A stretch of DNA of 30,580 nt from Promethearchaeota archaeon (GTDB lineage Archaea > Asgardarchaeota > Lokiarchaeia > Sigyniarchaeales > SOKP01): positions 1 through 30,580 of the forward strand of contig JAEOTA010000031.1 of NCBI GenBank assembly GCA_016840085.1. Reading direction: 5' to 3'. This document shows, piece after piece, positions 16,892-26,455 of this stretch (its first letter is position 1; the number at the start of each line of letters is the position of its first letter). Under the pieces are notes generated by a model that saw only the letters and a program-made list of their open reading frames with translations, was not told the origin of the DNA and did not search any database. A program made the translations under genes and the position numbers.

Positions 16892-18343
16892 TTGATTTCT
16901 AAGAAGTTAATCTTGGTGATCCTGTTATATATTTCCCTATTTTGGCTGATTTTCTCATCTATTTCAATTATAAGCGATCTTAATCTTGATATTAATTATA
17001 ACAATGTTTATCTTTTAAATAAAAACGTAAAATTAGATTTAAAAAGTTCAAAATCTTGGAATCTTACTGGAACCTCAATATATATTAATGATAAAGATCC
17101 TACTTGTAATTGGAGTAAAACTGCTAATGAAAACGGATGGTGTACGGGATTAGGCACGTGGAAAGATCCATATACTATAGAAAATGTTATTATTGATATG
17201 AAAAACAATTCAGCTAATTGTTTAACAATAATAAATTCAAGTGTTCCTTATATAATTCGAAACTGTCATTTTTACAATTCAAGATCATATGAATATCTCG
17301 ATAATCCATATTGGTATCTCGAAGGTGGTGGTATCATGTTATATAATGTAAGTAATGGTTTAATTACACGTAATAATTGTTCATCAAATACATTTGGAAT
17401 TTTGGCATATGGTTTAAATAATTCGATTAATGAAAATTCTATAGTTAATAATGATAATGGAATTATATGTTATGGATATGATAATATTATTTCAATAAAT
17501 ACAGTCACAAAAAATGGATTTGGCATTCTAATTGGCGGAATGTATAATATAGTTTCATTAAACAAAGTAAATAAAAGTGAATATTATGGAATCTGGGCAT
17601 ATGGGAGTGACCTTAATTCTATAAGTGAAAATTCCGTAAGTTTTAATAATAGAACGGGAATCTTTTTAGAAGAATGTATGCGTACTAGTATTTACAAAAA
17701 TGAATGTACTAATAATAAAATGCACGGAATATATATAGATGGAAGTATGGGTCCATATTTCAACGGGGAGCTGTATCCTTCTGAGGGTAATAATTGGGTT
17801 TCAGGAAATCAGGCAAATAATAATTTATATGGTATTAAGCTAAATTATACAGAAAATGAACATATAATAAACAATACAATAAATAACAATGAATTTAGTG
17901 GGATTGATTTATATGAAAGTAATTATAATAGCATTTTGAATAATAAAATTAATGGAAATGAATTTAGTGGGATTAATTTATATGAAAGTGATTATAGTAG
18001 CATTTTGAATAATAAAATTAATGGAAGTTACTATGGAATCAATCTAAATCAATCTCGATTCATCGAAATAATCCAAAATTCGATCAATAACAGTTTTTAC
18101 GGGATATCACTAACCTCTTCCGATTTTAATACAATTTCCTTCAATGTTATATATTATAATAAAATTTGTTTTATAGAACACGGTGAGTGCTATGGTAATA
18201 TCTATGAGGATAATGATTGTATTAAACTTAAAGATAAAAAACAGGATTGGACCCTCCTAATCATAATAACTGTAAGTGCATCTTTAACTATAGCAGTCAT
18301 AATTTTCATTTTCTTGCTATATAGGAGAAGGATATCAAGCTAA
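16892..18343 (+). CDS. Membrane-anchored right-handed parallel beta-helix (NosD/CASH-type) surface protein
   Basis: N-terminal hydrophobic segment, GLGTWKDPYTIEN cap, repeated N..GI.L..S..N.I..N units, and C-terminal TM + RRR. Confidence 0.88.
   Translation: MISKKLILVILLYISLFWLIFSSISIISDLNLDINYNNVYLLNKNVKLDLKSSKSWNLTGTSIYINDKDPTCNWSKTANENGWCTGLGTWKDPYTIENVIIDMKNNSANCLTIINSSVPYIIRNCHFYNSRSYEYLDNPYWYLEGGGIMLYNVSNGLITRNNCSSNTFGILAYGLNNSINENSIVNNDNGIICYGYDNIISINTVTKNGFGILIGGMYNIVSLNKVNKSEYYGIWAYGSDLNSISENSVSFNNRTGIFLEECMRTSIYKNECTNNKMHGIYIDGSMGPYFNGELYPSEGNNWVSGNQANNNLYGIKLNYTENEHIINNTINNNEFSGIDLYESNYNSILNNKINGNEFSGINLYESDYSSILNNKINGSYYGINLNQSRFIEIIQNSINNSFYGISLTSSDFNTISFNVIYYNKICFIEHGECYGNIYEDNDCIKLKDKKQDWTLLIIITVSASLTIAVIIFIFLLYRRRISS
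17888..18025 (+). repeat. In-frame 69-bp tandem duplication (one beta-helix coil)
   Basis: NEFSGIDLYESNYNSILNNKING / NEFSGINLYESDYSSILNNKING, with 3 nucleotide differences. Confidence 0.9.
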
Positions 18344-18682
18344 ATTCATTCCCGGGTTAGGTTTATTGTTATATGAAAACAAAGAATTGATGTAAAACTG
18401 AAGGAGATTCTGTAATAGAGTATTAGGTTTTTCAGAATATCAATCGGATTCATTAAATAAAACATAGGATTAATTTTTCATAATTCTTTTTATTTGTTAT
18501 ATAATAAAATATAAGAAGGGAATTTAAGAATGAAGATACTTGATTGTTCAATCAAGGAATTAAATAATGTGAAATTTGTGTCTCTGATCTTAAAAAATTT
18601 TATCGGAGATAACCTGTCTTTAAAATATTTTCTTTCAAATATTGATTTCGCAAGCAAGATTCTATCTATGTTATAAATGCAT

Positions 18683-19669
18683 TTACTTCTGAAATTCTTT
18701 TGGAATATGCACAGAAAACTTGCAGAGCAATGCACCCGTCAGAGGCGTTTCCATAGGTTCTACTTTAGTTGCTTGATCGAATATTATATCCCAATATAAT
18801 TTGGTATATCCTGCGCTACACTGGCAGAAATTCGAAGAAATCTCATGATCAGTACCATTTTTTAGTGCTCCTCGCACCCAAGGACAATAACAACTATAAT
18901 ATCTTTTCATCTTATCATCTTTTGCATTCAAGTGATTCTTTATTTGATAAGGCATTTTTGTGGCTATTATTATATCTCCTTCTCTTTTTCCAGGAGAGAT
19001 TGTTGGATTATTTTTTATGAACTCTATTACTTCTTCATCTATGTATTGAGCAAATTCTAGAGTGCCCTCCTTATGGTGTTTTTGAAGTCGTTCAATGATT
19101 TCTTGCTTTTTTATTTTTAAAAATTCATCAATATTATTTAATTCTAAAAATTTTTCTCTGTCTTCTTTGATAGGATCAGGACGACCATGTAAGCAAGGTT
19201 TTAATAGTTCTATTGTTTTTTCTTCACCTATTTTCTCTTCTAATCTTTTCATTATAATCTTGGTAAAATCTGGTTTTTTCTCAGGGTGAACTCCCAAAGG
19301 CGGAATTACAATATTTTCAAAAATTTCGTCTCGTGTTTTTTCACCATATTTTTCAGCAACCCTTTGATAAAGATTATCCATAGCATTATAGGACTCTGAG
19401 ATATCGATAATCTCAACGATATAATCGTATTTTTTTATGAATTTAGCATAATTAATTAAAGCCCTTAAGAAATCTAAAACTGTGTCATTATCTTTTTCAA
19501 CTAAAATTTCTGAATATTTAATTATCACTCCACCAGGAATTGAATTAATATCACTATTTTCTTTTCTAAGAAATGTGTTAAATTCATTCAATCTAGAAAT
19601 AAAAGTAGCAATTTGTTCTTGAGAAACATTATTCTTTAAAAGATATTCCTGGAAAGCTTTTTCTTTCAA
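18683..19669 (-). CDS. Cys-rich V4R/H-NOX-associated-like (DUF6144-like) protein with an N-terminal helical extension
   Basis: PCLH, CYCPW, FCQCSAGY...W, P..V..ET...G...CKF pattern. TTG start with GAGTGA RBS. Confidence 0.7.
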   Translation of the reverse strand: MKEKAFQEYLLKNNVSQEQIATFISRLNEFNTFLRKENSDINSIPGGVIIKYSEILVEKDNDTVLDFLRALINYAKFIKKYDYIVEIIDISESYNAMDNLYQRVAEKYGEKTRDEIFENIVIPPLGVHPEKKPDFTKIIMKRLEEKIGEEKTIELLKPCLHGRPDPIKEDREKFLELNNIDEFLKIKKQEIIERLQKHHKEGTLEFAQYIDEEVIEFIKNNPTISPGKREGDIIIATKMPYQIKNHLNAKDDKMKRYYSCYCPWVRGALKNGTDHEISSNFCQCSAGYTKLYWDIIFDQATKVEPMETPLTGALLCKFSVHIPKEFQK

Positions 19670-20110
19670 AACATATCACTCTTTCAATTTTTATGGTTTT
19701 AGAAGATTAATTTCCTTATTAATCTTAATTAATTAAGAATCAATTTGTTGAACAATTATATTCTTTTTTATCATCTGACTTATTAATTCAGATATTTTGA
19801 ATTAAATATGAGCTATTCAAATTTTTTAAGTTTTCAAACCCTTGAATCTAATTTATTTAACTAATCCTTGAAAATTTTATTTTTTATCCTATAGATCATC
19901 ACACGATGAATAATTCCGAGATTTTGGCAAATTCAAGAAGTTTTATATTTTTTTCTATTCATAGTTATCATCTTTAACCCACATACCGTTCCAACAATCA
20001 CATATTCCTTAGTATTATTAACATAAGCGACCAGAGACTCCAAAATAATTTCTGTAAAAAGCTTATTAAGTAAAATGGAAAAAAAAAGGAAAAATTTAGA
20101 AACTATATCT

Positions 20111-22066
20111 TCAATCTTTCTTTATTTTTTTGCTTATAAGGATTGATACAAGGGATAGAATGCCAAGTAGAAAGAAAAGATTATATCCTGGAATTCTGCT
20201 TGGTTTCGGTTTCACTTTCTCTACGTCAACTTCACTATGTCCAATATTTCCCATAGTATCATTTGCATAAATCCTGATTGTTATAGTACCATATAGAGCA
20301 GCATCCCATGCCTCTTGATTAATCGTATCCCCGTGTGTCTCTCGGTCACTCTCCCATCCTTGGGGTGGAGTTATTGTATAGTTGTTAACACCCCCATCAA
20401 TAGTATACCATATTGAATCTAAATTTGGCTCTTCGATAGTAATACTATAATAAGGAACCTGATCTACAAACTCACGATTCTGGGAGGGACTTCTTATATT
20501 AATTCTTGGTTCAGTAATATCTTTCTCAACTGAAACTTCAGCAACCCCTACTCTAGCTTCCATATCTTTCGCATAGAATTTAATTGTTACCACACCACTA
20601 TATTCTTTTTTATCCCATTCTCCTTGATCAATTATCCCCGTAAAATTTTCAAAATATATATTTGTATATCCTCCATCTATTGTATACCACATGGAATGTA
20701 AATCCGGCTCTAGAACGGAAATATTGAAACTTGGGGGGTCACTTGCAAAAAGTTCATTTTGACCCGGAGAGATAATTTCAATTTCTGGAACTTTAAGATG
20801 TTGCACCAAGACCATATGAGGATTCCCCCCCGTGATACCAGATATCCATCCCGCAAGATAATGGTTGTCTAACGAATCCACTGCTATTCCTCTGCATTGA
20901 TCATAACCTTCTCCACCCCATGTGTGATTCCATTGCGGCACCCCAGAATTATCATATTTAACCACAACCATATCATATTTTCCCGCCCCTAAACTTTCTG
21001 TGTATCCTACAAGGTACGAATTATTTAACGAATCTACTGCTACTCCATAGCCCTCATCTTCCTTACTCCCGCCCCATATGTGACTCCATTGTTCCACACC
21101 ATCACTGTTATATTTCACTAGAACCATATCAGTAAGGTTCGCCTCGAAATAATTTGTGGATCCTGCAAGGTACACATTTTCTGACGAATCTACTGCCACT
21201 CCCTGACCCATATCTTTTTCAATCCAGCCCCATGTGCGATACCATTGTTCCCCACCAGAACTGTCATATTTCACAAGAACCATATCAGAATCTCCCGCCC
21301 CGAAACTATCTGTGTTTCCTACAAGGTACACATTATTTAACGCATCTACTGCCACTCCATTGCCTACATCCTCACCACTCCCGCCCCATATGGTACTCGA
21401 TTGTTCCACACCATCACTGTTATATTTCACTAGAACCATATCAGAATCTCCCGCCCCGAAACTATCTGTGTATCCTACAAGGTACGAATTATTTAACGAA
21501 TCCACTGCCACTCCATAACCAGCTTCATTATTACCTCCATCCCATGTGCAATTCCATTGTTCCGCACCAGAACTGTTATATTTCACAAGAACCATATCAT
21601 AATCTCCCATCTCGTGATTATATGTCTTTCCCACAAGATAGACATTATCTGACGAATCTATTGCTACCCCATAACCCCATGCAGCCCCATAATCGTAAAT
21701 GGTAACAATCCCTTCCCATGTACGACTCCATTGTTCCTCACCAGAACTATCGTATTTAACTAAAATCATATCTGGATCTGCTTCCCCAAAAATATTTGTG
21801 GATCCTGCAATGTACACATTATCTAACGAATCTACAGCTACTCCATAGCCTTTGTGGGTATAAATCCCGCCCCATATGCGAGACCACCCAAAAGCATGCG
21901 AATCACTGGCAGAAAAATAGGTTATTGTATTTCTATCGATCTTATCATTTTGTTCATTAGACAGAGGGTTAAAGCTTGATAATACACAACAATAGTACAA
22001 GATTAAAATAAATATCATCAAATAGCCTTTTTTATTTTTCATTTTTTCACACTTTTTTATAATCAT
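20111..22066 (-). CDS. Surface protein: 7-bladed SBBP beta-propeller, two Ig-like domains and a Loki-CTERM tail
   Basis: Signal peptide; seven repeats of about 52 aa (W..TWGG...D.G.GVAVDS..NVYLVG.T...DMVLVKY.S.G..Q); two P.I.I.SP...WYTIDGG...YA.D units; IPGY + TM + KKIKKD. Confidence 0.9.
   Translation of the reverse strand: MIIKKCEKMKNKKGYLMIFILILYYCCVLSSFNPLSNEQNDKIDRNTITYFSASDSHAFGWSRIWGGIYTHKGYGVAVDSLDNVYIAGSTNIFGEADPDMILVKYDSSGEEQWSRTWEGIVTIYDYGAAWGYGVAIDSSDNVYLVGKTYNHEMGDYDMVLVKYNSSGAEQWNCTWDGGNNEAGYGVAVDSLNNSYLVGYTDSFGAGDSDMVLVKYNSDGVEQSSTIWGGSGEDVGNGVAVDALNNVYLVGNTDSFGAGDSDMVLVKYDSSGGEQWYRTWGWIEKDMGQGVAVDSSENVYLAGSTNYFEANLTDMVLVKYNSDGVEQWSHIWGGSKEDEGYGVAVDSLNNSYLVGYTESLGAGKYDMVVVKYDNSGVPQWNHTWGGEGYDQCRGIAVDSLDNHYLAGWISGITGGNPHMVLVQHLKVPEIEIISPGQNELFASDPPSFNISVLEPDLHSMWYTIDGGYTNIYFENFTGIIDQGEWDKKEYSGVVTIKFYAKDMEARVGVAEVSVEKDITEPRINIRSPSQNREFVDQVPYYSITIEEPNLDSIWYTIDGGVNNYTITPPQGWESDRETHGDTINQEAWDAALYGTITIRIYANDTMGNIGHSEVDVEKVKPKPSRIPGYNLFFLLGILSLVSILISKKIKKD
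20800..21890 (-). repeat. Coding tandem repeats with a period of about 156 bp (propeller blades)
   Basis: For example AGAACCATATCAGAATCTCCCGCCCCGAAACTATCTGTGT at 21276 and 21432. Confidence 0.9.
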
Positions 22067-22071
22067 TAGAT

Positions 22072-22091
22072 TTATGACATTCTAGTCATAA
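22072..22091. promoter_or_regulatory. Inverted repeat candidate operator TTATGAC-N6-GTCATAA
   Basis: Perfect 7-bp arms between a TATA-like element (TATTTATATA on the minus strand, 22096-22105) and the start of the SBBP gene. Confidence 0.5.
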
Positions 22092-22336
22092 GTAATATAT
22101 AAATATTATATTCGACAAATAATACATCTAATCCAAATGTTCAGATGGTAGAAAAAAGTTAATTTTAATAAGAAGAGTCCAATGTTTAATTTAATTCTTT
22201 TAATTTTCTTATACTCTGGAAGCCTGAAATATGTGATCTTTTGAAAATCTTGTTTTCAATCTATTAATTTAGCATCATTTTTTCTATCAAGAAGTGTACA
22301 GGATTAGAAATAGAAAAATTATAGTTATTAATACTT

Positions 22337-22966
22337 TTATTTAAAATCTTCAGGATAAGGATGGTTTTTAAGAGTTCCTCTTATTTTTGCATATCGTTTG
22401 ACTTCATCCCCATAAACCCATTCTGAATGGTGTGTATACTCGTTTACAGGGCCAGTAAGACAAAAGAAATCTGGTGGAACTTTCTCAGGCTCTGCCATAC
22501 CTGCACAGAGATACAATCCCTTGCGAATCCTTCTGACTTCATCTGTCATATCTACTATTCCCCCATCATTTTTGAAGGAAGCATACTTCAATCGAAAAAC
22601 AAGTTTCCCATCAATAAGAGATTCACTTATATCTGTGAGAAAACGCATATGGTGAAGTTCTTTATTTTCAATCTTCCATCGATTATATCCTTCTCCTCGG
22701 AGCTCCTGTTTGTTTGGAGAGGGAGTAAAAGCTTTTCCCAACCAGTATCCTCTCTCAGTATCGTAGAGCCACCATTTAGAAAGTGTTTCGCTTCTTTCAG
22801 AGACGAATCCGACCATAAGGCTGTCGTATTCCCCATCCATTTCCCTCAAATCAGCAGATGGTAATGATTTATATATTTCCATTAGTTTTGGATAACTTAG
22901 CTCTTTTATTTTTTCTATAGTCAATTCCTCAACATTAACAACCTTAAAATCAGTCATTTCAATCAC
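22337..22966 (-). CDS. Hypothetical protein, GXWXG/DUF4334-like beta-barrel
   Basis: LPSADLREMDGEY, WLGKAF, L.Y, MTDEVRRIRKGLYL pattern. Confidence 0.55.
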   Translation of the reverse strand: MIEMTDFKVVNVEELTIEKIKELSYPKLMEIYKSLPSADLREMDGEYDSLMVGFVSERSETLSKWWLYDTERGYWLGKAFTPSPNKQELRGEGYNRWKIENKELHHMRFLTDISESLIDGKLVFRLKYASFKNDGGIVDMTDEVRRIRKGLYLCAGMAEPEKVPPDFFCLTGPVNEYTHHSEWVYGDEVKRYAKIRGTLKNHPYPEDFK

Positions 22967-23305
22967 GAAGACTAATCTTTGAAACTAGCATAAGATTATG
23001 TTTTTAATAATTAATATAACATCTTATATATCATATAATAGTTTTTAGTAGCTTAATGGAAAATAGATAAAATAATAAATTCTATTTAATCACTAATTTT
23101 TTTTTAAAATTAGAAATTCATTTCTTTAGTTATTAATTTTAAAAAGTCTAGAAAACTTAATTTTTAAAATTTAGAATGAATTTCAATAAATTGTGTATTT
23201 CGTATTAATATATAAATAGAATTAAGATGAAATAGATATAGGGATATTTTTTATACATTAAAAAAACTCATGTTAAGCAAAATAAGTCGAATGTAGTGGT
23301 AGAAT

Positions 23306-24220
23306 ATGACCTTAAGTTATCAGGATATATGTAAAAATGTGTTTTCAGAAAAAGATTTTATTGATAATTCTTTACTGGGAATCGGAGTTATTCAAGATGG
23401 CAGAATTATATATGCAAATAATACAATTTTAGATCTCTCAGGATATGCATTTGAAGAAATTCAAGAAAATAATATCTGGATGAAAGTAATCCATCACGAC
23501 GATTTATTTATAGTTAAAAAAAAAATTGAGCTCAAATTAAAAGAGAAAAAATATAATACAACCAGGTATAAATGCCGAATTGTATTAAAATCAGGTGAGA
23601 GCAAGTGGATTGAAGTGTTTTCAAAAAATTTTTATCATAATGATAGATTAGCAATCCTTTTCACCATTATTGAAATTCCTAAGCCTACTCCCGTAATTGA
23701 GCTTTCTACAAATGATTTAGCAAAACTTAGTGTTGTAGAACAACTATTAAATGGATTTAATATTCCGTATCGGATTTTAAAAACAGGTGATTTACATAAG
23801 GAGTTAGAAGAAAAATTATTAAAAGAAAAAATTGAATTAAAAGATGCTGAACAGAAGTTTCGTCATTTATTTGAAACATCTCCATATCCCATTATATTAA
23901 TGAACTTTAATGGTAGAATAATAGAGTGCAATTCTGGAACAGAAGAATTATTTAAATATAAAAAAGAGGAGCTCATAGGTAAAAATTTTCTCAAATTCAT
24001 TACATTCCCTTCAAATTCGCTGTCAATATTTGAAGAAGCGTATAAACAACTAACAAAAGGACAAAAATTAGGACCTTTTGAAATTCAATGTTTTACAAAA
24101 GAGGGTAGATTAGTTTGGGTCAGAACTTCAGCTACTTTATTAAAATTATACAACGAAATTTTAATTCAAATTATAATTCAAGATTTCAGTGAGGAAAAAT
24201 CAATTAAAAAGGAAAAGTAA
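23306..24220 (+). CDS. Tandem PAS-domain protein with no output domain
   Basis: IIYAN...LSGY..EE...IHHDD...RIVLKSGESKWIEV; FRHLFETSP...GRIIECN...EELIGK...KEGRLVWV...QDFSE, then stop. Confidence 0.88.
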   Translation: MTLSYQDICKNVFSEKDFIDNSLLGIGVIQDGRIIYANNTILDLSGYAFEEIQENNIWMKVIHHDDLFIVKKKIELKLKEKKYNTTRYKCRIVLKSGESKWIEVFSKNFYHNDRLAILFTIIEIPKPTPVIELSTNDLAKLSVVEQLLNGFNIPYRILKTGDLHKELEEKLLKEKIELKDAEQKFRHLFETSPYPIILMNFNGRIIECNSGTEELFKYKKEELIGKNFLKFITFPSNSLSIFEEAYKQLTKGQKLGPFEIQCFTKEGRLVWVRTSATLLKLYNEILIQIIIQDFSEEKSIKKEK

Positions 24221-24553
24221 TCTCTATAGATTATCAAAAAATAGACAATAAAGACCAGATGAATTTACATATAGTCAAGTTGATATAAACATGGTTTTTA
24301 TTGTTTCAAACTAATCTTACATACCTGATGAAGGTTTAAATTCATATGTTTTAATAATTCTGTTCTTTCTAATAGAATGAATTAAATTTCTCTTCCCATC
24401 TCTTTATTTTAGAATTTATGTAAATAATAGAAATTAAATTTATGTAAATCAGGAGATGGTGTTAATATCTTCTCTATATCACTTTTTGGATATTTATTTT
24501 ATAAATGGGTTGATATATAAGCATGAGTATAAATATTAATACAAGGAAAGGAA

Positions 24554-24733
24554 ATGACTTAAATAAGGCTGAAAATATGTTTTAAATGTCATGAATACAT
24601 ACCTATTCTTGAGGATAATTATCTCAACAAAGAAAAATTGGAAATGTTTGATTCATTACATTCTGGCCATCCTGTTCAGATTGTAAATGAAGAAGAATTA
24701 GGGAATAAAAAAGAATGGAAACAATTTTTATGA
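24554..24733 (+). pseudogene. Unannotated CxxC...HxxH small Zn protein with a stop at codon 3; paralog of 28735-28983
   Basis: MT*IRLKICFKCHEYIPILEDNYLNKEKLEMFDSLHSGHPVQIVNEEELGNKKEWKQFL*. AAGGAAAGGA upstream. Confidence 0.8.
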
Positions 24734-24928
24734 AAAGAAAATAGAACTAAGGCTATAACTTTTATTAGTAAATATGCTAAAATTTTAAAATTATTTTTAT
24801 CTTGTTAGAAAATTATTACATTAGTTGCGTCATTAAGAAATTAAAAATAAAGGTGTCTAAAAAATAGTTAAGAAAAATTCAGATAGAGAGTGAAACTCAA
24901 ATGAATAAAAAACTAAAAATCAATTAAT

Positions 24929-25327
24929 ATGGTGAAGAAAGTAATACAAGAAAATTTAATCTGTGCATTGTTATTTGGAGAAGCAGAAACTGAAAAACAA
25001 GCTATAAAAATAGCAGATAGTTATGACAATTGCCCATACATCAATCTTATGACAACTGTAAATAACCAGCTTTATGCAGTATTTTTCCTTCCAAGAAAGC
25101 AAAAATGGTGGATTGAATATATTGAAAAAAATCCACGTGATACATTTGGACTCAAAAATGCTAAAGTTACTTTTTTAGAGAATGTGTATTATCCTAAAAA
25201 GTTAAAGTTCCGAATCCCTGAAACAGTAGCTAACATTAGTCCTTGTGGAGCAAATTGTAAGGAATGTCCAAGCATGGATAAATGTAGTTGTTGTCCAGCA
25301 ACAATTTTTTATAAAGAACCCTATTAA
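24929..25327 (+). CDS. Ferredoxin-fold/Lrp-effector-like protein with a C-terminal Cys cluster
   Basis: CPY in the core and PCGANCKECPSMDKCSCCP at the C-terminus. Confidence 0.6.
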   Translation: MVKKVIQENLICALLFGEAETEKQAIKIADSYDNCPYINLMTTVNNQLYAVFFLPRKQKWWIEYIEKNPRDTFGLKNAKVTFLENVYYPKKLKFRIPETVANISPCGANCKECPSMDKCSCCPATIFYKEPY

Positions 25328-25415
25328 GATAAAAAGTAAGATAATAAATTCTAATTAAAATAATTGAGGTGATAAATCCATTTATAATAAGAACTATGAT
25401 GATCCAAAATCACTA

Positions 25416-25841
25416 TTGGAAAGAGCAGGGAGAGTTATAAATTCAATTATTACTGGTTTAGAAAATCTTCCACTAGAGACAAGGATAAAAATAATGGAAA
25501 AAAGTGGAGAAGCATGCGCTTTAACAGGAAGTTTTAAAATTGCTAAAAAAATAGCAGAAGAATCTACTGAGATAAATGATATTATTGCTAAAGCTAATGA
25601 TCAGATTCCTTGGTGTGGTAATTGGAAAATGGAAGGGTCTAAAATCAGTTCTGTATGTCTTGAATGTGGATGTCCTCTTATTAGAAATAAAATTGTACTA
25701 CCTAATAGAACATTTTGTTATTGTTCTGTAGGATGGGCAAAAAAAATTTTTGAAACGTTGCTTAAAAAACCAGTAGACGTTAATCTGGAAAAATCCAAAG
25801 GATCTGGGGATGATATTTGCAAATTTAACATATTTTTTTAA
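25416..25841 (+). CDS. DUF6144-like / V4R-like Cys-rich protein
   Basis: GEACA, ECGCPL, FCYCSVGW.K..FE.LL.KPVDV...S..SGDDICKF. Confidence 0.75.
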   Translation: MERAGRVINSIITGLENLPLETRIKIMEKSGEACALTGSFKIAKKIAEESTEINDIIAKANDQIPWCGNWKMEGSKISSVCLECGCPLIRNKIVLPNRTFCYCSVGWAKKIFETLLKKPVDVNLEKSKGSGDDICKFNIFF

Positions 25842-26455
25842 AAAATAAGTAAAGAAGTTTTTAACTTATTCTGAATTTCACTAAAAACAAAGATTTTTAT
25901 TTTTTTAAGTTATATAGAATTTATTTAAAATAGCCTAAACGTTTCTTTCTTTAATAAACATTAAGTTTCAAAATATCAATCAATTGTTTTAATTCAATGG
26001 TAATTTGATTAAAACTACTCAAGCTGAATGTCGTTGAATTATTTTATACTTGTTTAAAATTTCCATCTGAACTTATTTTAAGAATGTAAAATATTTCCTT
26101 CTGAAAAAAATTTTACCATCCTACATTGCGAACATACTTGCGCAATTTCTTTTTTTTTTCATATCAATGAATTCATTTGGAGTGAAACCAAAGGATTTGA
26201 TAAGATTCAAAATTTATTCAAATTGGAAAGCAAGTATCTCCATTAAAGTATTAAATTAATAGAATTAAGATCTTCATTATTTTTTATAAAATCACGCAAG
26301 GTTTAAGTAATTAATGTCTATCGATAAATTTATATGCTTGAAATAGTTCTTTAAAAACTGAAGTTGATTGAATCGTTAAGCATTAATAAATCAAATTTAG
26401 AAGAAATAATAAAGTTAAGGAACATATTAGTTAAAATATTTAAAAAAATAAACAG

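Noticed and set aside
18530-18676. 48-aa ORF MKILDCSIKELNNVKF... with an upstream TATA-like element
   Set aside because: No motif or paralog support, so it cannot be distinguished from chance.
19723-19738. Palindrome TCTTAATTAATTAAGA
   Set aside because: Almost all A/T low-complexity sequence in an AT-rich intergenic region.
21154-21705. Repetitive + strand ORFs (183 aa and 94 aa)
   Set aside because: Antisense reflection of the SBBP blade repeats.
20800-21890. Possible CRISPR array or DGR template/variable repeat
   Set aside because: The repeats are in-frame coding units without unique spacers. Mismatches are not adenine-restricted and no reverse transcriptase or cas gene is present.
26078-26245. 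Minus-strand CxxC-containing remnant (EIAQVCSQCRMVKFF) next to an A10 run
   Set aside because: Needs a frameshift and has no second knuckle or identifiable homolog, so a phase-variation idea is unsupported.
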